Positions 43,599-54,021 of a stretch of DNA of 64,000 nucleotides are shown in pieces. The DNA is taken from positions 256,001 to 320,000 of the forward strand of contig CAVUDW010000003.1 of assembly GCA_963740355.1 (NCBI GenBank), read 5' to 3'. Under the pieces are notes generated by a model. It saw only the letters and a program-made list of their open reading frames with translations. It was not told the origin of the DNA and did no database searches. Origin of the DNA: an uncultured Gemmatimonadaceae bacterium (lineage in GTDB: Bacteria; Gemmatimonadota; Gemmatimonadetes; Gemmatimonadales; Gemmatimonadaceae). Every line of letters starts with the position of its first letter. Position 1 is the first letter of the stretch. The translations under genes were made by a program, and so were the position numbers.

Positions 43599-45892
43599 AT
43601 GAAGCATCCTGCAGTTTTCATCGCGCTCATCGCGATCGCATCCTCTCTCCACGGTCAGTCGCGCCCTGCGCAGGCCGAGCCTGATACGCTCGCCAAGCGG
43701 CCCACGACACTGGGCGGCGTGACGGTCACCGCAGACCGCGACCGCCGGCCCTCGATCACCAAGCTCACCATGCCCGTCTCGGCCAGCATCACCGCCACCA
43801 AGGTGCGTGAGACGGTGAACCTCATCGACACCGAGGACGCCGTGAAGTACCTGCCGAGTGTCTTCCTGCGGAAGCGCAACAACGGCGACACGCAGGCCGT
43901 GATGGCGACGCGATCCTGGGGGGTCAGCTCCAGCGCGCGCAGCCTGGTGTTCGCCGATGGTGTGCCGCTGACGGCATTGATCGGCAACAACAACACCATC
44001 GGCGCGCCGAGATGGGGGCTGGTGGCACCAGAAGAGATCGAGCGCATCGACATGATGTACGGCCCATTCTCGGCCGCGTACGCCGGCAACTCGATGGGCG
44101 CGGTGATGGAGATCACCACGCGGGTACCGGAGCGACGTGAAGGATCGATCACCCAGACGGGCGCGCTGCAGTCGTTCGACCTGTACGGGACGAGCCGCAC
44201 CTACGGCACGTCGCAGACCAGTGCACGCCTGAGCGATCGTATCGGCAAGTTCAGCTTCGTGGCCAGCGGGAACTACCTCGACAGCCGCAGCCAGCCGCTC
44301 AGCTTCGTCACGGCGTCGACCTTTCCGACCGGGACGACCGGTGGCTTCCCCGCCACGACCAAGCTGAACACACCGGCGAACATCCTTGGGGCGAGCGGCG
44401 TGTTGCACACCCGCATGGTCAATGGGACGTTCAAGCTGGGATACGACATCACGCCCACGGTGCGCGCGGCGTACACCTTGGGCTCTGGCAGAACGATGCC
44501 GACGCGACCGTCGATCCGTACCTGCAGCGCACCGGGGCACCGACGTTTGCAGGACAGGCTGGCTTCGCCAGTGGCTTCTACGCACTGCTCCAGCGGCACA
44601 CATCGCAGAGTCTCTCGGTCCGCACCAATCGTCGCAAGGACTGGGACGCGGAAATCATCGGCACCACCTATCGGATGGATGTCGATCGTCAGCGGTTCGC
44701 GACATCGGCATCCGCCACAGACACCACCCTTGGCAACAGCGGCCGCGTCGCGTCGCTGACGGGCACGGGCTGGTCATCGCTCGACGTGAAGGGCGCGTGG
44801 CATGCTGGCGGCAGTAGCGTGGCGGCACACACGGTGACGTTCGGGGCGCACGCCGACTATTACCGCTTGCTCAATCCGACCTACAACACGCTGTTCTGGC
44901 GATCGCAGGCGCCGGTGTACACCAGCGTCGCGACGGAAGGTGATGGCAAGACGGCGACGCAGGCTCTCTGGGTGCAGGACAACTGGCGACTTGCACCGAC
45001 GCTGCGTCTCACCGTAGGTGGCCGGTACGAATGGTGGAAGGGATTCGATGGATACAATGTGAATGGCGCGTCGCGTGTGACGCAGCCCACGGTGTCCGCG
45101 AACCGCTTCTCGCCCAAGGCATCGCTGGACTGGAAGCCAAACGTGGACTGGAACTTCACCGGCTCGATCGGGAAGGCGTATCGGTTCGCCACGGCGTCGG
45201 AGCTCTATCAGCTGGTCTCGACCGGCACGACGTTCACGTCGCCGGACCCGAACCTGAAGCCGGACAACGTGTTGGCCATGGAGCTGCGCGCGGCACGCGA
45301 GTTCGCACGCGGACGAGTGCAGTTGTCGCTGTTCAACAACGACGTGCACGATGCCATCATCTCGCAGTTCAAGCCGCTGGTGGCTGGCTCGCCAACCTTC
45401 TACTCGTTCGCCTCGAACGTGGACCACATCCGACTGCGCGGCATCGAGTTCGTAGTGCAGGAGCGCGATCTGCTGGTGCCGGGCCTCGAGCTGCAGGGCA
45501 GCCTGACGGCGCTCGATGCCACGATTCTCGCCACCTCGGGTCGGGCGAGCGCCACGGCGGCCCCTGACGCCGCCATCGGCAAGCAGGTGCCCAACGTGCC
45601 GAAGTTGCGCGGCACGGTGCTCGCGACCTACCGGCCGATCGACCGCCTCGCCCTCTCACTGGGTGGCCGCTACAGCGACAAGCTGTATACCACCCTCGAT
45701 AACGCAGACCTCAATACCAACACGTATCAGGCGTTCAGCGCCTGGTTCGTCGCCGATGCACATGTGAACTACCGCGTGAACAATCGATTGAACGCCTCGG
45801 TCGGCGTCGACAACCTGCTCAATCGCAAGTACTTCCTCTTCCATCCGTTCCCGCAGCGCAGCTTCGTCACGAGCGTGAAGTACGGGTTCTGA
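43599..45892 (+). CDS. TonB-dependent receptor, -1 frameshift near 44478-44482
   Basis: Signal peptide, TonB-box-like GVTVTA, plug IERIDMMYGPFSAAYAGNSMGAV; barrel ending GVDNLLNRKY...SVKYGF; restoring one base gives YT(F/L)GLWQNDADATVDPYL. Confidence 0.9.
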
Positions 45893-45987
45893 GCATGGCG
45901 TGTGAGGAGGCTGTCACGGCGGGCGACACCAGACGAGTACGCCAGCAACGACCAGAAACGTGGCTACGGTGTAGATGTTGAAAGGTC

Positions 45988-46026
45988 CCGCGGCGTCACT
46001 CTGGCGAGTGGCGCCGCGGATTTTTT
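45988..46026 (+). terminator. rho-independent terminator after TonB-dependent receptor
   Basis: CCGCGGCGTCACTC-TGGC-GAGTGGCGCCGCGG followed by ATTTTTT. Confidence 0.85.
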
Positions 46027-46068
46027 AGCCGCTTCCCTGCACCCTATCGTGTGCCTCAACAGACCCAT

Positions 46069-47408
46069 GTGAATCGCCGTCAGTTGGTTGCATCGATCGC
46101 GCTGCTCTGCTCGGCTTGCGGGCACTCAGCCACGTTGCCGATCGAGTCAGGTTTCGGCCCGAGCGCCAGTGCTGCCGGAACCGCGCAGCTCGCTCATTCC
46201 AATGACGAAGGTCGCACGGGCAGTCGGATGGGCGTCGGGGCGGGCGCCGATCGCGGCCCAGGGCCTGCACGTGGCTCCGTTCGCAACGGGGCTGACGCAT
46301 CCGCGCTTCGTCTATGCGTTGCCCAACGGCGATGTGTTGGTGGCGGAAACGAACGCGCCGAAGAGGCCCGACGATGGCAAGGGAATCAAGGGATTCTTCT
46401 TTCGCTATTTCCAGCGCAAGGGCGGTGGTGCAGTTCCCAGTCCCGATCGCATCTCGCTCCTACGCGATGCCGACGGCGATGGCGTTGCGGAGACTCGATC
46501 AGTGTTCCTCAGCGACTTGCATTCGCCGTTCGGCATGACCCTGGTCGGGCACACCTTGTATGTCGCGAACACCGATGCGTTGGTCCGGTTTCCATATGTG
46601 GATGGTGCAACCAGCATCACCGATACGGCAGTCACGGTGCTTGTCGCTCCCCGCAGGGACACTCAACCATCATTGGACGAAAACCGTGGTGGCATCGGCT
46701 GACGGAAAGACGCTGTACGTCAGCATCGGCTCGAACAGCAACGCGGGCGAGAATGGGCTGGACAAGGAGGTGGGACGCGCAGAGATCTGGGAAGTGAATC
46801 CTGGCACTGGTGCACACCGTGTGTTCGCCAGCGGATTGCGCAACGCCGCCGGCCTCGCAATCGAACCCCAGACTGGCGCGCTCTGGGCTGCCGTGAATGA
46901 ACGCGATGAAATCGGAAGTGACCTCGTTCCCGATTACATGACCGCGGTTAAGGACGGTGGATTTTATGGCTGGCCGTGGAGCTATTTCGGGAATCGTGTC
47001 GATCCACGGGTGCAGCCTGCCCAGCCGGCGCGCGTCGCCACCGCCCTCGTCCCTGATTACGCGCTCGGTGCCCACACGGCGTCGATTGGCTTGATTGCAG
47101 CGGAGGGGGCGCGCCTGCCTGCGGCATTCTGCCACGGGATGTTCGTGGGACAGCACGGCTCCTGGAATCGCAATCCACGCAGCGGCTACAAGGTGATTTT
47201 CGTGCCTTTTGTGGCTGGACGGCCCCGAGGGGCGCCAGTCGATGTCTTGAGTGGTTTTCTCAACGCCGAGAACGAGGCAATGGGCCGGCCCGTCGGTGTG
47301 GCCATCGACCGCCGTGGCGGCCTGCTGGTGGCAGATGATGTCGGCAACGTGGTCTGGCGCGTGCGCGGGGATTCGGTCCCGAACCCGGAGTGCGTCAGCA
47401 CACGCTGA
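46069..47408 (+). CDS. sorbosone dehydrogenase / PQQ-dependent sugar dehydrogenase family lipoprotein, two +1 frameshifts (~46160, ~46645)
   Basis: Three consecutive frames: lipobox [71 protein letters not shown]. Confidence 0.85.
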
Positions 47409-47474
47409 CAGGTGACGCAAACAGCGCACAATGCAGAAAAAGCCGCGTGCCGCGCCTCGACGTCTTGCTGGCCG

Positions 47475-48410
47475 TCACCCGCCTGCGGAAGCCATCACCT
47501 GTGCAACCGCGCGCGTGATGGCTTCCACGCGACTGGCGTCATCTCGCGGAAGATCGCGCAGCGATGCCGTGCTGACATCCCAGGCATCGGCCTGCTGAGG
47601 CCTTTCGGTCAGGAGGTGTGCCAATTGTGCGGAGGCACCTCCGTCGACCGTGAAGAACTCCCGATGCCCGCTGTGAATCGCGATCTGGGCGGCGCCAGTC
47701 CACACCCCAAGGTCGAACCACGCGGGCTGTTGAAGGATCCCCTTCAGTGCCAGACCAATCTCGCCTCGCGACGCGTCGCTGCCGAAGGAGGATTCCCGAC
47801 CCATCGAGTCGAGTCGCGAAGCGACAGGCGCGGCACCCGCGACGTCAGACAGCAGTTCCCGGATCTGCGACGTCGCCGCCATGACGGCCACCGAATCACT
47901 CGCGCGCGCTGCGATTTCGAGTTGCGCGAGGCGCACACCGATGCGGAACGCACGCCTCGTGGCGATCTGCGTCGATTCCGAGCCACGAGAGACCGACCAG
48001 CCTGGCACGTCCCAGCCCGCACCGAGTGTGCGCGCGAGCGAACCGGCACCCGTGGCGCCTTCGAGGCGCGGCACGACGGCCAGGCTGACGGTCGCATCCG
48101 GACGACCAGTGCCACGCAAAAACACCACGATCGCAATCGTGGCAGCGACGAGCGCGATCGGCGCGACGTATCGCCAGCGACCTTTTCGTCGTGACACCAG
48201 CACTACCGAATCGCGCGCCTCGTTCGCGCCAGATGCCGCTGCCCCAGTCTCGGCCGCCAGTTCACGATGAATGGCAACCGCGTCGACGAAGATGGCGTGT
48301 GCCTCGCGTGAACTCGCCAGTATCCGCATCGCCGCCGCGCGTTCGTCCGGCGTGGCCGTGCCATCGATGACGCTGGCAAGCAGTTCTGGATCGATCAGCG
48401 GAGCGTTCAT
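47475..48410 (-). CDS. putative membrane-anchored anti-sigma factor
   Basis: Short N-terminal ASD-like domain (PELLASVIDGTATPDER), single TM helix, extracytoplasmic domain; directly downstream of ECF sigma. Confidence 0.65.
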   Translation of the reverse strand: MNAPLIDPELLASVIDGTATPDERAAAMRILASSREAHAIFVDAVAIHRELAAETGAAASGANEARDSVVLVSRRKGRWRYVAPIALVAATIAIVVFLRGTGRPDATVSLAVVPRLEGATGAGSLARTLGAGWDVPGWSVSRGSESTQIATRRAFRIGVRLAQLEIAARASDSVAVMAATSQIRELLSDVAGAAPVASRLDSMGRESSFGSDASRGEIGLALKGILQQPAWFDLGVWTGAAQIAIHSGHREFFTVDGGASAQLAHLLTERPQQADAWDVSTASLRDLPRDDASRVEAITRAVAQVMASAGG

Positions 48411-48459
48411 GAAGTCCGTCCGTGACGGAGCCGCAGGAAACAGGCGTGGGGAAGTCGAG

Positions 48460-49230
48460 CTACCATGACGCACCACTGGACAGCAAGTCGCGGACCCGCT
48501 CGATGTCGAAGCCGCGCGACGTCAGCAGCCGCCGCAACTCCTGCTCGATCGAGTCGATGCGACGGTACAAGGGCTTCGGCTCGAGATTGAGGGCCCGGGC
48601 AATGTCAGCGACCGAGATGTTATCCCAGTACCGCATGTGCAGGATGACCTGATCCTCCACCGGCAGCTCCGTCATTGCGCTCAGGAGCTCGGCAAAATCA
48701 CTTTCGTGCCCATCGGGGTTCGAGGCGCTGACATCCACCTCCTGCGGCAGGCCAGTCAGCGCCTCGAGCGGCACCTCGCTGGACGGCTGCCGTACCGGAA
48801 GGCTTCGTGCCATCCGTCCCAGTTCGACATCGCTCTCGGGAAATCCGGCGGAGCGCAGAATCTCGATGGCTTCCCGCAGTGTGTAGTTGTCGCGGTGCAG
48901 CAACTCTTCCAGCCGCATGCCGACCGGCCCCATTCGAGTGGCAGCCATCGACGGCCGCCACCGGCCCCACACACTGTTGCGATAGTCGTGAAATAGGTTG
49001 CTGAGGACGACGGATAGATAGGTGGCGATTGACGAGCGACCCGCGTACTTCCGGAAGATGCCGTAATCGGTATCCACGATGCGGGCGCGCACCCAAGAGC
49101 CGAACTCGTCCGCATCAGACGGCGAGAGTGCATTTTTTATCGCAATGATCCCAATCACCTTGTCGATGGTCGGCAGGTGTTCGAGAAACGCGCGTTCGGG
49201 ATCGGTAATCGGCACGCCAGCGGCGGTCAT
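48460..49230 (-). CDS. ECF-type RNA polymerase sigma factor
   Basis: Sigma2 DADEF...YAGRSSIATYL...FHDYR; sigma4 LPVEDQVILHMRYWDNISVADIARAL. Confidence 0.85.
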   Translation of the reverse strand: MTAAGVPITDPERAFLEHLPTIDKVIGIIAIKNALSPSDADEFGSWVRARIVDTDYGIFRKYAGRSSIATYLSVVLSNLFHDYRNSVWGRWRPSMAATRMGPVGMRLEELLHRDNYTLREAIEILRSAGFPESDVELGRMARSLPVRQPSSEVPLEALTGLPQEVDVSASNPDGHESDFAELLSAMTELPVEDQVILHMRYWDNISVADIARALNLEPKPLYRRIDSIEQELRRLLTSRGFDIERVRDLLSSGASW

Positions 49231-49796
49231 CAAACTCAGACGTGTCGGATAGAAGAGCACACCGCGCCGAAACCTTCCCGCAAGCCGCGGTGCGCCACTG
49301 CTCCACAAAAGCTCAGCCCGGTCAGGCCGGTCAGGCCAGAGCCAATGTAGTCGAATTCCCGACGGTGCTGCCACCCGGACGCCCCCTCCCCCACCTGCCG
49401 CCCGCAGGAGTGAATTGGCCGTATGCTGTAACGAACTCACGCGGAATAAGTGCGTATTCTGAACAAGTCACCCCTCATGACCGAGACTACGGTCTCATCT
49501 GCGACAGCGGCACAGGCGCAAGAGTGACGAGGCCTGACCTTTCGAGGCGCGGGCATATGCCCGGCATTTGTCTCTTGGACTGTCGTTCCAATCGGAATTC
49601 CCCACACGAACGCAGGCCCGGTGCGTCTCGCGATCCGTGTCGCCCGCCAGACTGGGGCGTCTTCCTACTGACTGCCGATGGGCACGGATGGGGGTACCCC
49701 CAACGTTTCCCTGTCTCATGTTTAGTCCGACGCTGCGCACTTAGCGCCGACCGGTTCTTCGGTCTCTGGCAGCGCGCCAACCCCTCCCGAGCCGAG

Positions 49797-52700
49797 ATGA
49801 CGGACGCGCTGTCGAATCCCGATCGCACCTCGTTCACTGGTGGTGCCCGCCTCGGGCTCCGCCGTCCCGTCAGGCTCCTGCTCGCGCTCTGTTCCGCTGC
49901 CCTCGCGGCATGCGGCGGTGGCGACGGCGGCGACACCAAGCCCGTGGTCCGGCCAGCGACGGTCGCATCGGTGCTGATCTCTCCCGCTGCAAGCACCGTC
50001 GACACCGGAAAGACCGTGCAATTGGCGGCCTTCGTCCGCGACGGCAGTGGCGCAGCGGTCACCGGCAAGACGATCACCTGGGTGTCATCGGTCCCGACGG
50101 TGGCGACGGTCAGCCCTGCCGGGCTGGTGACGGCGATCACGGCAGGCACCGTCACGATCAGCGCCAGCACCGACGGTGTCACAGGCACTGGCACGGTGGT
50201 CTCGACGGTGCCCGTCTCGGCCCGCTGCGACGCGAGCACCGTCATCACGCTCGGCCAAACCGTGACCGGCACACTGCTCGACACTGATTGTCGCCTCAAC
50301 GACAACAGCTATGTCGACAAGTACGTGCTCACGCTGACGGAGGACACACCGGTGCGCATCTCGATGACGAGTGCGCTGGTCGATTCCTACCTCATCCTGC
50401 AGGACTTCACGACTGGCGCCATCGTGGCCGAGAACGACGACGGCAATGGCGATACCGGGTCACGCATCGAGCAACTCGTTCCTGCTGGAAAGTACGTCAT
50501 CGGCGCCAACAGCTTCGACGCCAACCAGTTCGGCGACTACAAGCTGACCGTGGAACGTGCCGCATCGGCCTGCCTCGCCTCCACGCCGATCAGCACACCG
50601 AGTACAGTCAACGGGAATCTCGCGGCAACGGCCTGCCTCCTGCCGGACAGCAGCTACACCGATCGCTATCGCCTCACGGTGGCCAGTTCCACGATCGTCA
50701 CGGCCACGATGCGCAGTTCCGCGATCGACTCCTACCTGTTCATCGAGAACACGAACGGCACGTCGATCGGTCGCAATGACAATTCTTCGATTGGCACGCG
50801 CGACGCGCTGGTGTCGGCGACACTCGACCCGGGCACGTACATCATCAATGCCAACAGCGCGCTGCCGCGTGAGGTCGGGGCATACACCCTCACGCTCTCG
50901 TCGCGCATCGATCCGTGCGGCGTGAGCCGCGTGGTGACCGTCGGATCGACCACCAGTGACACACTGTCCTCCAGTGCCTGCAAGCTCTCTGACGGCAGTT
51001 ACGTCCGGCGATACGGATTTTCGCTCGCAACATCCACGGCGCTGCGCATCGACCTCACCAGCACCCAGTTCGATCCGTACCTGTTCGTGCAACAGGCCGG
51101 GTCAGCGCCGAAGCTGGCCGAAGATGATGACAGCGGACCGGGGCTGAACGCGCAGGTGCTGCAGGTGTTCGCACCAGGCGAATACGTCGTCACCGTCACC
51201 AGCGCGACCGTCGGCGAATCCGGCGCCTTCGAGCTCGCGATCGCCGGCCCGGCCTCCGCGGGCGTTGGCCTCACGGTCACTCCGCCAACGGCAACACTGC
51301 TGCCAGGGCAGACACAGCAGCTGACGGCGGCCGTGACAGGCGCCACCAACACGAATGTGGCGTGGAAGAGTTCTGCGCCAGGCATCGCATCCGTCGGCGC
51401 CACCGGCATCGTCCGCGCCATCACCGCCGGTGCGGCGACCATCACCGTCACCGCGGCCGCCGATCCGGCGCGCACCGCCACCAGCGAGATCACCGTCAAC
51501 GCCGGCACGGACGTCAATCTCGACGTGCCGCTGGTCTACCTGACGCAATCGGCGCAAACGCCAGACGGTCGCATTCCCCTTGTAGCTGACCGCCCGACGG
51601 TTGCGCGCGTCTTCGTGCGCGGCAGCCGTTCCGGGCTCGGCAACGCCGCCGTGCGGCTACGAGTCTTCAATGGCGCCACGGTCACCGGTACGCTGACTGG
51701 AACGGCGACCATTGCCGTGGCGACCGACGAGGGCTGCTGCTCGGCCGATATCCCCGTTCCCGCGTCGTTGATCCGCGATGGCATGACGATCGTGGCCGAT
51801 GTCGACCCGAACAACGCCATCGCCGAGTCGAACGAGACCGACAACGCGTGGCCGCTGACGGGTGTGTCGAAGCCGATTCGCGTCGTCACCGTGCCGCCGA
51901 TCAACATCCAGCTGGTTCCGATCCGGCATCGCGTCGCCAGCACCGTCTCGGCACCAACGACGAGGTTGACCGAACTGCTGCAGCGCATGTACCCGCTGTC
52001 GGCCGTGAATGTCACCATTCATGCCGAATATGCCACCGACACACCTGCGCCATCCAGCTCGGACACATGGGTGGACATGCTGCGCCAGATGGACGTGCTT
52101 CGCGCCGCCGAGAGCAGCAACAACTACTACTACGGGGTGCTGGCGCAGCAAGCGGCTCCAGGCATCATTGGTATCGCAGGTGTGACGGGCTTCACCGGCG
52201 TCGGAATCAGCGGTCCCGATTCGCTGGCGGCGGAGACACTGACGCACGAATTTGGGCACAGCTTTGGGCGGCAACACTCACCGACACCGTCCACCTGCGG
52301 AACGCCAGCGAACGTCGACGCAAACTTCCCGCGCAGTGATGGCACGATCGGGATTGTGGGCTTCGACGTGGCCGCGAATGCCATCTATCGGGCTGACCGC
52401 TTCGATGTGATGGGATACTGCAACAAGAGCTGGGCGAGTGAATACACCTATCAGGGCATCCTCGCCTACCTCCGGAGTGGGGTGATTCCGCTGGCGGTCG
52501 CGACGCAGGCTGAGGTGCCGGCGCTGATGATCAGCGGCTCGCTCGTGGGCGGCGCCGTGACGCTCGATCCTGTGTTCACGATCACGACGAAGGCCACCGC
52601 CCAGCGTGCGTCCGGCCGCTTCGTCGCCGAAGGGACGTCGGCCGATGGTCGAGTCCTGTTCCGCCATCGCTTTGACGGCTACGCGATGAGTGATGTGGAC

Positions 52701-53099
52701 GCAGCGACGCGCACCTTCGTGGCCCTGGTGCCGTACGACGCCAGTGTGAGCGGCGCCGTGGCGAACATCACGGTGCGTGACGAAAGCGGCGGTGGACGAT
52801 CCGGCGTGCTACTCCGCGCTGGGAGCTATGCGGCCTCGCCGTCAGGCGTGAGCCTGCGCGTGGATGCTGACCCGCAGCTGGTCGTGCGCGCCGCGGGCAC
52901 CAACCGGTATGACGTCACCTGGAACACGTCGCGATACCCATCGATCATCGTGCGCGACAAATCCACACGGCGCGTGGTCGGCATCGGCCGCCGCGGCGCA
53001 CTCACGATCAACGCCGCGTCACTGAATGCGCTCGAGGTGCTCTTGTCGGATGGTGTCGGAAGCAGCACGCGCGCCCTGTCGGTCGGTGGTGCGCCATGA
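49797..53099 (+). CDS. large lipoprotein: Ig-like (Big_2) + three PPC-like repeats + Big_2 + metzincin zinc protease domain
   Basis: Lipobox LAAC; WVSSVPTVATVS / WKSSAPGIASV; DSYL...ENDD repeats; HEFGHSFGRQH and Met-turn DVMGY. Confidence 0.8.
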   Translation: MTDALSNPDRTSFTGGARLGLRRPVRLLLALCSAALAACGGGDGGDTKPVVRPATVASVLISPAASTVDTGKTVQLAAFVRDGSGAAVTGKTITWVSSVPTVATVSPAGLVTAITAGTVTISASTDGVTGTGTVVSTVPVSARCDASTVITLGQTVTGTLLDTDCRLNDNSYVDKYVLTLTEDTPVRISMTSALVDSYLILQDFTTGAIVAENDDGNGDTGSRIEQLVPAGKYVIGANSFDANQFGDYKLTVERAASACLASTPISTPSTVNGNLAATACLLPDSSYTDRYRLTVASSTIVTATMRSSAIDSYLFIENTNGTSIGRNDNSSIGTRDALVSATLDPGTYIINANSALPREVGAYTLTLSSRIDPCGVSRVVTVGSTTSDTLSSSACKLSDGSYVRRYGFSLATSTALRIDLTSTQFDPYLFVQQAGSAPKLAEDDDSGPGLNAQVLQVFAPGEYVVTVTSATVGESGAFELAIAGPASAGVGLTVTPPTATLLPGQTQQLTAAVTGATNTNVAWKSSAPGIASVGATGIVRAITAGAATITVTAAADPARTATSEITVNAGTDVNLDVPLVYLTQSAQTPDGRIPLVADRPTVARVFVRGSRSGLGNAAVRLRVFNGATVTGTLTGTATIAVATDEGCCSADIPVPASLIRDGMTIVADVDPNNAIAESNETDNAWPLTGVSKPIRVVTVPPINIQLVPIRHRVASTVSAPTTRLTELLQRMYPLSAVNVTIHAEYATDTPAPSSSDTWVDMLRQMDVLRAAESSNNYYYGVLAQQAAPGIIGIAGVTGFTGVGISGPDSLAAETLTHEFGHSFGRQHSPTPSTCGTPANVDANFPRSDGTIGIVGFDVAANAIYRADRFDVMGYCNKSWASEYTYQGILAYLRSGVIPLAVATQAEVPALMISGSLVGGAVTLDPVFTITTKATAQRASGRFVAEGTSADGRVLFRHRFDGYAMSDVDAATRTFVALVPYDASVSGAVANITVRDESGGGRSGVLLRAGSYAASPSGVSLRVDADPQLVVRAAGTNRYDVTWNTSRYPSIIVRDKSTRRVVGIGRRGALTINAASLNALEVLLSDGVGSSTRALSVGGAP

Positions 53100-53623
53100 G
53101 GCGATTCACGGTCGGCCTCGTGATGGCACTGCCCATGGCCCTCGTGTCCGCCTGTGTCAGTTCGCGTGCACAATCCGCTGACACGGACAGCGCCGTAATG
53201 CCCAGCGATTCGATCGCAGTGGTGTCGTTGTCGCGCGGTGCCTGTCACGGCACTTGCCCGATCTACGGTCTCACGCTGCACGCGAGTGGGCGTGTGCTGT
53301 TCACTGGCGAACGATTCGTGCAGCCGGTCGGCCAGGATTCGGCACGGATTACCTCGGCGGCAGTCGTCGCCGTGCGCATGGCGTTCGACGCGCGAAAGTT
53401 CGAGCAGGTCCCGGCATCGATCGAGTACAACACGCCATCGTGTGGCACCTACGTTGCCGACCTTCCGACCGTGGTGCTGGCCGTTGCCACGGCAACCGGT
53501 GAGCATCGAGTGCGGTACGACCAGGGCTGTCGCAATTATCCGCGCATGCTGGACACGCTGGCGCAGATGATCGATTCCGTCAGTGGCGCATCCCGTTGGA
53601 CCTCCGCGTCACACCGGCCATAA
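53096..53623 (+). CDS. DUF6438-like lipoprotein
   Basis: Lipobox VSAC; SLSRGACHGTCPIYGLTL...GRVLFTG, ADLPT; ATGA overlap with protease gene. Confidence 0.7.
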   Translation: MRRFTVGLVMALPMALVSACVSSRAQSADTDSAVMPSDSIAVVSLSRGACHGTCPIYGLTLHASGRVLFTGERFVQPVGQDSARITSAAVVAVRMAFDARKFEQVPASIEYNTPSCGTYVADLPTVVLAVATATGEHRVRYDQGCRNYPRMLDTLAQMIDSVSGASRWTSASHRP

Positions 53624-53666
53624 CATGGCTTTCTACAGCTTTCTCGCCTTGCTCCCGAGCACACCG

Positions 53667-53984
53667 ATGCAAATCCGACGTGCACGACTCCTTCGCGTCC
53701 TTGCGGCGGCGGGAGTCATTGCCCTCACCCCGGCACTGATTCAGGCACAGTCCGCGCAGCGCACAGTGGCCGATGCGCCTTCGTCGAGCCGTGAGACGCG
53801 GCTTCAGCACGACTCGCTCACGGTCCACTTCATTCGCACACCGAAGGGCAAGCCCGCCTCTATGTCGATCGCGGGCAAGCCGTCGTCGACGGAGCTGAAG
53901 TTCCGGGGCAAGGCCATACCGCAGGGCACCGCAGCACCCGTGGAGACCCCCCTGCCGACACGCGCCAAGGTCACCAAGCCGTAA
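53667..53984 (+). CDS. small basic secreted hypothetical protein
   Basis: Signal peptide (RRARLLR...IQA|Q), high-GC codon pattern. Confidence 0.5.
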   Translation: MQIRRARLLRVLAAAGVIALTPALIQAQSAQRTVADAPSSSRETRLQHDSLTVHFIRTPKGKPASMSIAGKPSSTELKFRGKAIPQGTAAPVETPLPTRAKVTKP

Positions 53985-54021
53985 GCGCCGTCCGCATCGT
54001 TTCAGCGGACGCTGGTGCCGA

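Noticed and set aside
49242..49796. N-terminal 185 aa of the 1285-aa ORF
   Set aside because: Non-protein-like composition; lipoprotein signal begins after ATG 49797
50230..51240. Three ~340-bp internally similar segments
   Set aside because: Protein-level PPC-like domain repeats within the protease gene, not a DNA element
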